Assembly (NCBI GenBank): GCA_964570205.1
Contig: CAZMXI010000004.1
Coordinates: forward strand, 1 to 62,355
Origin: an uncultured Tepidisphaeraceae bacterium
GTDB lineage: Bacteria; Planctomycetota; Phycisphaerae; Tepidisphaerales; Tepidisphaeraceae
Length of the DNA stretch: 62,355 bases
Direction: 5' to 3'
A program made the translations under genes and the position numbers. Positions within the stretch are counted from its first letter, which is position 1. Each line of letters starts with the position of its first letter. This document shows, in pieces, positions 45,826 to 53,640 of this stretch. Below the pieces are notes generated by a model, which saw nothing but the letters and a program-made list of their open reading frames with translations, was not told where the DNA came from and did no database searches.

Positions 45826-47334
45826 TCAGCTCAACTCCACGCCGGTTGCGGCGGCAATGATTCGCTCCTCGGTGGCCGATTCACGCGGAAATTCCGCGGC
45901 AATCCGGCCATTGCGCATCACCAGCACCTGATCCGACAATCCCATGACCTCCTGCAAATCTGACGAGATCATGATGATCCCCACGCCCGCGGCCGCCAGC
46001 TCGCGCAGCAGCGCATAGATGTCGCTGCGGGCCCCCACATCGACGCCGCGCGTCGGCTCATCCACAATCAGCACCTTCGGGCCGATGCCCATCCACATCG
46101 ACAGCAGCACTTTCTGCTGATTGCCCCCGGACAGATTGCCCACCCGCTGCCCCGTCCCGGGCGTCACGATCCCGAATCGCTCGCGGGCGGCCTCGGCAAA
46201 CTCGTCGATCCGCCATGAACGCATGAACCCCACGCGCGCGAACTTGCCCAGGCTCGGAGCGATGCAGTTGTCGCGGATCGCCATGTCGAGGAACAGCCCC
46301 TGTTCCTTTCGATCTTCTGTCAGATAGCCCACACCCTGCGCGATGGCCGCACGGGGACTGCGCAGCCGCATCTGCCGGCCCTCCAGCACCACGCGGCCCC
46401 GTTCCAGCGGCTCGATCCCGCCCAGCGCCCGGCCCAATTCCGTGCGCCCCGCCCCCACCAGGCCGGCCAGGCCGAGAATCTCACCCTTGCGAAGGCTGAA
46501 GCTGATCCCATCAAACGCCCTGCCCCGCCCCGCGCCCTCGACCCGGAAATACTCCGGCCCCATCGCCACCTGCCGCCGACCATACATATTGCTCAATTCC
46601 CGGCCGACCATCTTCCGGACCAGGCGTTCTTCCGTGGCATCGGCGATATCCAGCGTGTCCACGTGCCGGCCATCGCGCATAATCGTGACCCGGTCAGCCA
46701 CCTCGAAGATCTCCGACAAGTGGTGCGAGATGTAGATGATCCCCACGCCCGACGCCTTGAGGCGGCGGATGTTCTTAAACAGCAGCTTCGTTTCCGCGCT
46801 GGTAAGCGAGCTGGTCGGCTCATCGAGAATCAGCACCCTCGGTGTCAGCGACATCGCCTTGAGGATCTCCACCACCTGCCGCTGCGCCGGCGACAGGCTG
46901 CCCACGAGAGTGCGCGGGCGCATATACAGTTCGAACATCGCCAGGCTCTGGCGCGTCATGCGATGCAGCGAAGACCAGGCAATCAGGTTCAGTATCGCTG
47001 GCTGCCGGTTGGCGAAGATGTTCTCAGCGATGCTGAGGTTCGGCGCCAGGCTCAATTCCTGGAACACTACGCCAATCCCCTGCTGCGCGGCTGCGTGCGG
47101 ATTCGCCAGCCGCACCGGCACTCCATCCAGCAGAATCACACCCGAGTCGGGCTGATGCACCCCCGCGATGATGTTCATCAGCGTGCTCTTGCCCGCGCCG
47201 TTCTCCCCCACCAGCGCGTGCACCTCGCCGCGCCGCAGCGAGAAGCTCGCCTCATCCAGCGCGCGCACGCCTGGGAACGTCTTGACGATGTCGCGAAGCT
47301 CCAGCACCGCATCCGGGACCATGCTATTTCTCAA
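45826..47334 (-). CDS. sugar ABC transporter ATP-binding protein (duplicated ABC domains, RbsA-like)
   Basis: 502 aa. GENGAGKSTL and LSPAQRQ in the first domain, LSGGNQQK and VLIVDEPTRGVD in the second. Confidence 0.95.
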   Translation of the reverse strand: MRNSMVPDAVLELRDIVKTFPGVRALDEASFSLRRGEVHALVGENGAGKSTLMNIIAGVHQPDSGVILLDGVPVRLANPHAAAQQGIGVVFQELSLAPNLSIAENIFANRQPAILNLIAWSSLHRMTRQSLAMFELYMRPRTLVGSLSPAQRQVVEILKAMSLTPRVLILDEPTSSLTSAETKLLFKNIRRLKASGVGIIYISHHLSEIFEVADRVTIMRDGRHVDTLDIADATEERLVRKMVGRELSNMYGRRQVAMGPEYFRVEGAGRGRAFDGISFSLRKGEILGLAGLVGAGRTELGRALGGIEPLERGRVVLEGRQMRLRSPRAAIAQGVGYLTEDRKEQGLFLDMAIRDNCIAPSLGKFARVGFMRSWRIDEFAEAARERFGIVTPGTGQRVGNLSGGNQQKVLLSMWMGIGPKVLIVDEPTRGVDVGARSDIYALLRELAAAGVGIIMISSDLQEVMGLSDQVLVMRNGRIAAEFPRESATEERIIAAATGVELS

Positions 47335-48652
47335 TTTCCGCCGAATTCAGCAGGATCGACCGGCCTGTGAGCGTGTGCAGCACCAGCACCACCGACGCCG
47401 CATCCGCATGCACGGGCACTTTGAACTCCAGGTCGACCGGCGTTGTCGGCGACACCTGGATCTTTGGATCGTGAGTCACCAGGTGCCGGCTGTCGGCATC
47501 GTGAAGCTGTATGCTCAGCCGGCCGGGGTGGAACACGCCGAAACGCCCGTTCAACTTGATCCGGTCGCCGGCCAATTCCGCCTGGAACCGCCCGCGGGTG
47601 GCCCCGGCCGCCGTGCAGTGCGAGATCGGGCCCTCACCGCCAACTCTCGCCGCGAACCAGTCCAGGTGAAAGGAGTAGCTCTCGCCGGGCTTGATCTCGG
47701 CCAGGGGGCTCAGGATCTCGCTCTCCAGGTAAGAAGGCGTCTCGGCGGGATCATCCGGAATGTCCACTGCCTTGCCCCCCACCACGATCCGCCCCGGCCC
47801 GTTCAGCCAGAACTCCACCGACGCATCATCGGGGTACTTCCGGTCCTTCTCCCAGGCGAACATCTCGGCAAATACATGCCCCGTCTTCTCATCCATCGCC
47901 GCAGCCCACCCGGCCGTGCAGTCCAGACCGACTTTGCCCACCCGCCGCTGGTAGGTCGTCGCCAGCACCTTGTTTTCGCGATCCACCCGGAACGAGGGAT
48001 GGTCCGGACCGCCATAGAGTTCCACATACCCGCGCCGATGCATGCTCTTCGGGTTGATCGGCGCGTAGGCGCTCAGCTTCATCCGCCCGGCATCAAGCTG
48101 CGTCACCTGCCAAATGCCCCACCGCCTCGGCCGGGTGTCGATGTTCGTCATTGTCGAGTCGAAGCTCACCTGCGTCGAGTTGTCGTGAATGCGGATCATC
48201 CGCGAGAACCGGATGCCGCTGCGCTGGTCATCCCGGCTGACAAGCTGGATCGCGGCAGCCTTGCCCGAGGCCGTCATGATCGTGGCGGCGTGCGGACTGC
48301 CATCCAGAATCGCATCCGGCGGGCCGGGCCATTGGTCTTCGCCATCCCAACCCTGGGGCGCTGGCCAGAGCTTGTCGCCGCCGTAATTCAGCCACTCACC
48401 CTCAGCGCCAAGCCCCGTCTCGGTCGGCTTCCTGCCGGCCAGGGCATCGTTGACCCAGAGGTACTCGAAGTCCCCCAGCTTGAACTGCATCACCCGCCCG
48501 CCGATCGCCGGGACCGCTTGCACCTCAACCAGCCCGTTGCGCAAGGCCAGCGATTCCCACCCGCGATAGGTGTCTTTCTTCGCATCCGAAGCCGAGACGG
48601 GCGCGGCCACCACCGCTGCCGCCGCAAGCCAGGCGCACAACCATCGGGTCAT
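47324..48652 (-). CDS. secreted hypothetical protein inside the sugar ABC operon (DUF4380 / mutarotase-like by recollection)
   Basis: 442 aa. Signal peptide WLCAWLAAAAVVAAPVSA. Beta-rich. Its stop overlaps the ATPase start by 11 nt. Confidence 0.7.
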   Translation of the reverse strand: MTRWLCAWLAAAAVVAAPVSASDAKKDTYRGWESLALRNGLVEVQAVPAIGGRVMQFKLGDFEYLWVNDALAGRKPTETGLGAEGEWLNYGGDKLWPAPQGWDGEDQWPGPPDAILDGSPHAATIMTASGKAAAIQLVSRDDQRSGIRFSRMIRIHDNSTQVSFDSTMTNIDTRPRRWGIWQVTQLDAGRMKLSAYAPINPKSMHRRGYVELYGGPDHPSFRVDRENKVLATTYQRRVGKVGLDCTAGWAAAMDEKTGHVFAEMFAWEKDRKYPDDASVEFWLNGPGRIVVGGKAVDIPDDPAETPSYLESEILSPLAEIKPGESYSFHLDWFAARVGGEGPISHCTAAGATRGRFQAELAGDRIKLNGRFGVFHPGRLSIQLHDADSRHLVTHDPKIQVSPTTPVDLEFKVPVHADAASVVLVLHTLTGRSILLNSAEIEK

Positions 48653-48673
48653 AATGGCCTCCGCATCCAGTTT

Positions 48674-49657
48674 CTACTTCTGACGCAGGAAATACCGGCA
48701 GTTCGATTTGTCCACCACGATCACGCCCGTGTCCACCACCGCTGGCGTGCCGGAAATGCCGGCCTTGGCATTGTCGCTTGTGATGGGCGCTGGCGCATTG
48801 TGCAGGTTGTACAGGATCTGAAGTGCGTACATCGGCATCAGCGCGGTTTGCTGGGCGATGCTGGCCGAGATCACGCCTTCATCGATCAGTTGCAGGACCT
48901 CGTTGCCGCGGTCCATCGCGACGATCTTCACCTGCCCGACCCGTCGCGCCTCGCGCACGGCCGTCGCGGCGCCCGTTCCCCCGGCCGCCTCGACGCAGGC
49001 GATGCCCGCGAGGCCCGGATACTTCTGCAGCAGCGATGCGGCCGCCTGCGCGGCAACAGTCGGGTTCGATTCCGTGTTGGCAATCTGAACGACGCGGATG
49101 TCCTTGTGCTCGCCGAGGGCGGCCTGGTAGCCACGGATGCGCTCCTCCAGGTTCGATTGCCCCGGCTTTGTCATCAGCGCTACCTCCCCCTTTCCACCAA
49201 CCAGTTCGGCCAGCTTCTTCCCGCCGCGATATCCGGCTTGGAAGTTGCCCGTGCCAACGAACGCCAAGCGCTTCGAGTCCGGCAGGTCGGCATCGACGGT
49301 CACCACGGGGATGCCCTTCTCCACAGCCTTATCGACGATGGCCGACAACGAAGGTTCGAATCCCACCACGATGATACCGGCCGGCTTGCGGGCGATGGCC
49401 TGTTCAAATTCCTTGATCATCTCCCCCATGTCATAGTTGGCCGGACCGACGTATTGCGTCCGCACGCCCATCGCCTTGCCCGCCAGTTCCAAGCCCATCT
49501 GGTGGTCGTAGAAGTAGTCCAGGCTGCCCAACGCGGAAACCTGAATGTAAAGCTGGCTGGATGTGTCGGCCTTCCCCCCGCCGCCGGATTGCCGGTTGCA
49601 GCCGGCCGCAAGGAGACATATCCCAATGGCGCCCAGGATACCCGCGAGTCTGCTCAT
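48674..49657 (-). CDS. sugar ABC transporter substrate-binding lipoprotein (RbsB-like)
   Basis: Start moved to MSRLAGILGAIGICLLAAGC (lipobox), with GGAGG 5 nt upstream. Periplasmic-binding type I pattern. Confidence 0.9.
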   Translation of the reverse strand: MSRLAGILGAIGICLLAAGCNRQSGGGGKADTSSQLYIQVSALGSLDYFYDHQMGLELAGKAMGVRTQYVGPANYDMGEMIKEFEQAIARKPAGIIVVGFEPSLSAIVDKAVEKGIPVVTVDADLPDSKRLAFVGTGNFQAGYRGGKKLAELVGGKGEVALMTKPGQSNLEERIRGYQAALGEHKDIRVVQIANTESNPTVAAQAAASLLQKYPGLAGIACVEAAGGTGAATAVREARRVGQVKIVAMDRGNEVLQLIDEGVISASIAQQTALMPMYALQILYNLHNAPAPITSDNAKAGISGTPAVVDTGVIVVDKSNCRYFLRQK

Positions 49658-49855
49658 CCGAACCTCCGCCTGTATGCTCGCCTCAAGCATAATCCCTGCG
49701 CCTGCCTAAACAAAGCGACATCAAGACCGACGCCAGGATGCCGCAACACCCCCGCCGCAGTGCATCAGCGCGTCATGCCCGCGTGTACAATGCCCCTGCA
49801 ATACTTGGCGCCTCGGTTCGACTACCCGCTCGATCGGCCTTCAAGGAGCAGTGCG

Positions 49856-50059
49856 ATGGAGACCTTCTGGAATTGGCTCGGCGGCCTCGGCGTCATCGGC
49901 TGGGTGATGGTGATGATCATCGCCGTCACCGCGTGCCAGTCCGCCGTGACCATGTTCCGCATGCACATCAAGCACAAGGAACGCATGGCGATGATCGAGC
50001 GCGGCATGGACCCTGACTTGCCCGAAAGAACCAACGGCAACAAGGCCGGACGGCTATAG
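49856..50059 (+). CDS. small single-TM membrane protein (hypothetical)
   Basis: 67 aa. AAGGAG lies 8 nt upstream. Very high GC3. METFWNWLGGLGVIGWVMVMIIAVTA followed by a basic tail. Confidence 0.65.
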   Translation: METFWNWLGGLGVIGWVMVMIIAVTACQSAVTMFRMHIKHKERMAMIERGMDPDLPERTNGNKAGRL

Positions 50060-50356
50060 CCGCGCGGCCGGCTCTACAGCGACCCAGTTCCCGGGCAAGA
50101 AACCCGATCGCGCCCGGCAGCGCGACCTCCGTCTCACTCCCGCTATAGCCGGAATCCGACCCTGAAAGCCTGCCCGCTCGTGCAATGCGAGCCGTACATA
50201 ATTCCGCCCTTGTCATCCAGCTCCGCTGCGCCCGTCTCCGGCACGCGCCAGCGCTGTGCCGGGGCGCCAAGTGGACCTGACGGCAGAAAATTGGGGCCAG
50301 AACGCAACCATCGCCTCAAAAAAGGCGCTGCGATGCCCGGTATCGTGAGTGTCGCC

Positions 50357-50575
50357 CTAGACCTTCGTCGGACTCATTCGGCGAACGCGTGTGGCCTTCA
50401 ATCCTTTGGGCCCCTTCTCCACCTCGAACTCGACGACCTCTCCATCGTCCAGCGTCTTGAAACCCTGGCCTTCGATCACCGAATGGTGAACCATCACATC
50501 GCCGCTTCCGTTGTCGGGAGTGATGAAGCCGTAGCCCTTCTGATCATTGAACCACTTGACCTTCCCCATGGGCAT
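50357..50575 (-). CDS. cold-shock protein (CspA family)
   Basis: [21 protein letters not shown] (RNP1) and VMVHHS (RNP2-like). The upstream part of ORF 50357..50698 was rejected. Confidence 0.95.
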   Translation of the reverse strand: MPMGKVKWFNDQKGYGFITPDNGSGDVMVHHSVIEGQGFKTLDDGEVVEFEVEKGPKGLKATRVRRMSPTKV

Positions 50576-51230
50576 AGCTACCCAATCCTTTCCGAACCCT
50601 GAAAAATGAGGTGTCGCTAAAGACAGTGAATCTGCGGCCCGGATGCCCGCTTCTTTGCCCGCCGCCGACCGTACCCACGAATGCGCCCTGAACGGCAAGC
50701 ACCGCCAACTATAACAGAGTTAATATATGAAATACAACATAAGCGATTCTCTCAACACCTATTGCCGCTGACCACCCCGCCATTCCGCACTTGCGCGGTG
50801 CGAAACGAGAGCCCGGCATTCACAACTGTCGATGCCCCCTTTTTGCACCATTCCGCCAGTTATCCACAATCTCTTTAGCCTAATCCTCACTTGTTCGCAT
50901 CCTGATATCCCCTACCCGCCCGCCGATAAGCCCCCTCTTGCCCATATACCCCAAACCTCACATTCACCCGATCCGCGTCCATTAGGATCCACACAAATCA
51001 TTTTCCAATAAAGTCTTATGGAGATTAACGCCACCTTTTCATTTAAGTCCATATCCACACTAAGCCATCATTCCTCAATCCGGCCCGCCTTGGATCGCCA
51101 AAGGAGCGAAACGCTCGCGATGGCTTGTCCACAGCTTCTCCACAGACACCCCGAGACCTTGATTTTCACGGCCCGGCAGCGAGACTACGCACTCGGGCTT
51201 CGCCCGCCCCAACAACCTCAGTACACCCGC

Positions 51231-51992
51231 ATGAACCTTCTTGAAACCACCAAGCTCGTCAAGTCCTACAGCGGCCGAATCGTCGTCAATGACGTCAGTT
51301 TCGTCCTGCATCAGGAGGAGATTGTCGGCATCCTTGGCCGAAACGGCGCCGGTAAGACGACCTCCTTCCGCATGATCATGGGCATGGTTCGGCCGGACTC
51401 CGGGGCTGTCGCTTTCGATGGCCAGGATGTCACCCATCTACCCATGTACAAGCGAGCCCGGCGCGGCATCGGTTATCTCTCGCAGGAACGATCTGATTTC
51501 CGTAATCTCACGGTCTGGCAGAATCTCCAGGCAATCCTTGAGACACGCAATCTCCGCCGTTCCGAGCGCAACCTCCGAGCCGAGAAACTCCTGGATCAGT
51601 ACGGCCTGCTCAAGCTCAAGAGCCAGAAGGCCGGCACCCTCAGCGGAGGCGAGCGACGTAAACTTGAAATCGCCCGCGCCCTGTGCACCGAGCCTAAGCT
51701 CATCCTGCTGGATGAGCCGTTCTCCGGGGTCGACCCTATCGCCGTGGAAGACCTCCAACGCGAAGTCAGACGACTTAAGTTCGAATTCGGCAAGAGCGTG
51801 CTGATCACCGACCACAACGTGCCTCAGACCCTCAAGGTGTGCGATCGCGCCTTGATCATCGACGAAGGCAAGAAGATCAAGGAAGGCACGCCCCGCGAGA
51901 TCATCAACGATCCCATCGTCCGAGCGGCCTATCTCGGAAACACCTTCCGTGGCGATGAGTTCGACGATCCGCCGAAGAACCCCGCCAGTTGA
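51231..51992 (+). CDS. lptB: LPS export ABC transporter ATP-binding protein LptB
   Basis: Start moved to MNLLETTKLVKSYSGR. GRNGAGKTT, YKRARRGIGYLSQE, LSGGERRKLEIARAL, ILLDEPFSGVDP. Confidence 0.9.
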   Translation: MNLLETTKLVKSYSGRIVVNDVSFVLHQEEIVGILGRNGAGKTTSFRMIMGMVRPDSGAVAFDGQDVTHLPMYKRARRGIGYLSQERSDFRNLTVWQNLQAILETRNLRRSERNLRAEKLLDQYGLLKLKSQKAGTLSGGERRKLEIARALCTEPKLILLDEPFSGVDPIAVEDLQREVRRLKFEFGKSVLITDHNVPQTLKVCDRALIIDEGKKIKEGTPREIINDPIVRAAYLGNTFRGDEFDDPPKNPAS

Positions 51993-52408
51993 GTCTTTGC
52001 CATGTCAACATTCAGGTTACGCGATGGAACGCCGTGGCTTCGGCGCGACGGCGGTGCGTTCGTCGCGGGTCGAGTGCCTGCCCAGTTCAACAGGTGTCTT
52101 GTTTGCGACAAGACGGGGTACGCCCCGCGGCGTCATGGAGCAAGCCGGTATCGTCTTGGGGCATCGTCGGATCCACCGGCAATTGCATGGTGTGTGAAAT
52201 GCATCACGGGCCTTCTTGCAAACCCCGACGGGCGTCCATAGACTCATTCGCTCAATGAGTGGGCGGCCGACTCGAGTTGGTCGTTCTCGCGAAGTTGTCG
52301 CCGAGATTACACTTGCGGAGCGCCAAGGATGTGCTGCGCTCCGTCCGGCCTATGAGGGCCGCAGAGCGAGCGCATTGCAGTTGCGGGCATCAGCTCGTGT
52401 CGTTCACA

Positions 52409-53284
52409 ATGTCATTGCCGCCGATTGTCATCCTGATTCTGTGCGTTGTGGCCGGCATCGGAACGGTGCTGGCGCTGCCAGGCCGGCGGGAGCGGGCGGT
52501 CCGAACGATCGGGGGTGCTTTGTTGCTGTTGGCACTGCTGGTGTTCGCAGCAGTCCTGATTCACTCACTTGGCACGGCAGCCGGCAGTTCGGGTGAGGCA
52601 TATTTCTGGCTCTTTTCAGCAGTTGCGATCATGAGTGCGGTGCGGGTGATCACCCACCAGAAACCGGTGTATTCGGCTCTGTACTTCATACTGACGGTGG
52701 TCGCCAGCGGGGGCCTGTTTGTGTTGTTGTGGGCTGAGTTTATGGCGGCGGCACTCGTGTTGATCTACGCCGGCGCGATCCTGATCACCTACGTGTTCGT
52801 GATCATGCTGGCTTCCCAGGCACAGAGTCCGCAGGCGAGCGCGGAACACGCGACGGGCGGGGCAGAGTATGACCGAATCAGCCGGGAGCCCGTGCTGGCA
52901 TCGGCGGCGGGGTTCCTGCTCATGGGCGTGCTGCTGTTCCTGATTTTCGACGAGGGCCGGGCCGTCGCGGGCATGCCCCAACGAGCAGCCGATGTCAATG
53001 CGGTCCCTGGAACGGTGAAGCAAGTGGGCGCGCACCTGTTCACGCAGCAGCCGATTTCGCTGGAACTGGCCGGGGTGTTGCTGACGCTGGCCATGGTAGG
53101 CGCGGTGATCATCGCCCGACGACGAGTGAACGCGATTTCGCCACCGCATGTGCGGGTGCCGGGCGAAGCAAGCGACTCCGCCAGGGAGATGGGTCTGCCT
53201 GGCACGCCGCCCAGTGATGATCCGCATTCGATCCCAATCACCGGCACGCGCAACCCGCAGGCCAAGGCTTACCCGGAGGCTTGA
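52409..53284 (+). CDS. nuoJ: NADH-quinone oxidoreductase subunit J (with N- and C-terminal extensions)
   Basis: Start moved to MSLPPIVILIL. VRVITHQKPVYSALYFILTVVASGGLFVLLWAEFMAAALVLIYAGAILITYVFVIML. Confidence 0.85.
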   Translation: MSLPPIVILILCVVAGIGTVLALPGRRERAVRTIGGALLLLALLVFAAVLIHSLGTAAGSSGEAYFWLFSAVAIMSAVRVITHQKPVYSALYFILTVVASGGLFVLLWAEFMAAALVLIYAGAILITYVFVIMLASQAQSPQASAEHATGGAEYDRISREPVLASAAGFLLMGVLLFLIFDEGRAVAGMPQRAADVNAVPGTVKQVGAHLFTQQPISLELAGVLLTLAMVGAVIIARRRVNAISPPHVRVPGEASDSAREMGLPGTPPSDDPHSIPITGTRNPQAKAYPEA

Positions 53285-53287
53285 CCG

Positions 53288-53605
53288 ATGCAGGAACTGC
53301 CCCTGGAGACATTGCAGCGGTTTCTCGCGGTGGGCGGGATGCTCTTTGTCATCGGCCTGATCGGTTTTGTGACGCGGCGGAACCTGATCATCATCTTCCT
53401 GTGCACAGAGTTGATGTTCCAGGGCGTGGCGATCAACCTGATCGCATTCGGTCGCTATCATATGAACCTGCACGGGCAGGCTTTCGTGCTCTTCCTGCTG
53501 GTGATCGCGGCCGCGGAGGCGTCGCTGGCGCTGGGCCTGGTGGTGCTGCTGTTCCGGCACCGCCATACCCTTGATGCCGACGCATGGCAGGATTTGAAAG
53601 GATAG
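53288..53605 (+). CDS. nuoK: NADH-quinone oxidoreductase subunit K
   Basis: 105 aa. GLIGFVTRRNLIIIFLCTELMFQGVAINLIAF...AAAEASLALGLVV. Confidence 0.95.
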   Translation: MQELPLETLQRFLAVGGMLFVIGLIGFVTRRNLIIIFLCTELMFQGVAINLIAFGRYHMNLHGQAFVLFLLVIAAAEASLALGLVVLLFRHRHTLDADAWQDLKG

Positions 53606-53640
53606 GTTGTCAGAAAGAACCGGCAACGGGAAACTGGCCC

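Noticed and set aside
49353-49363. GGTTCGAATCC, a perfect tRNA T-loop-like string
   Set aside because: It lies inside the sugar-binding protein gene. The flanking bases cannot form a T-stem (GAAGG versus CCCAC), and no acceptor or anticodon arms are evident.
47168-50059. 963-aa plus-strand ORF
   Set aside because: It is antisense to the sugar ABC operon (ATPase, secreted protein, binding protein). Only its last 204 nt (49856-50059) look coding: they have an SD, high GC3 and a TM helix, and I kept them as a separate small gene.
50051-50151. Shared 10-mer GCTATAGCCG occurring twice, 89 bp apart
   Set aside because: The first copy lies within the perfect palindrome CGGCTATAGCCG that overlaps the stop codon of the small membrane gene. 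It is short, has only two copies, and has no adjacent regulator gene. It could be an operator, but chance cannot be excluded.
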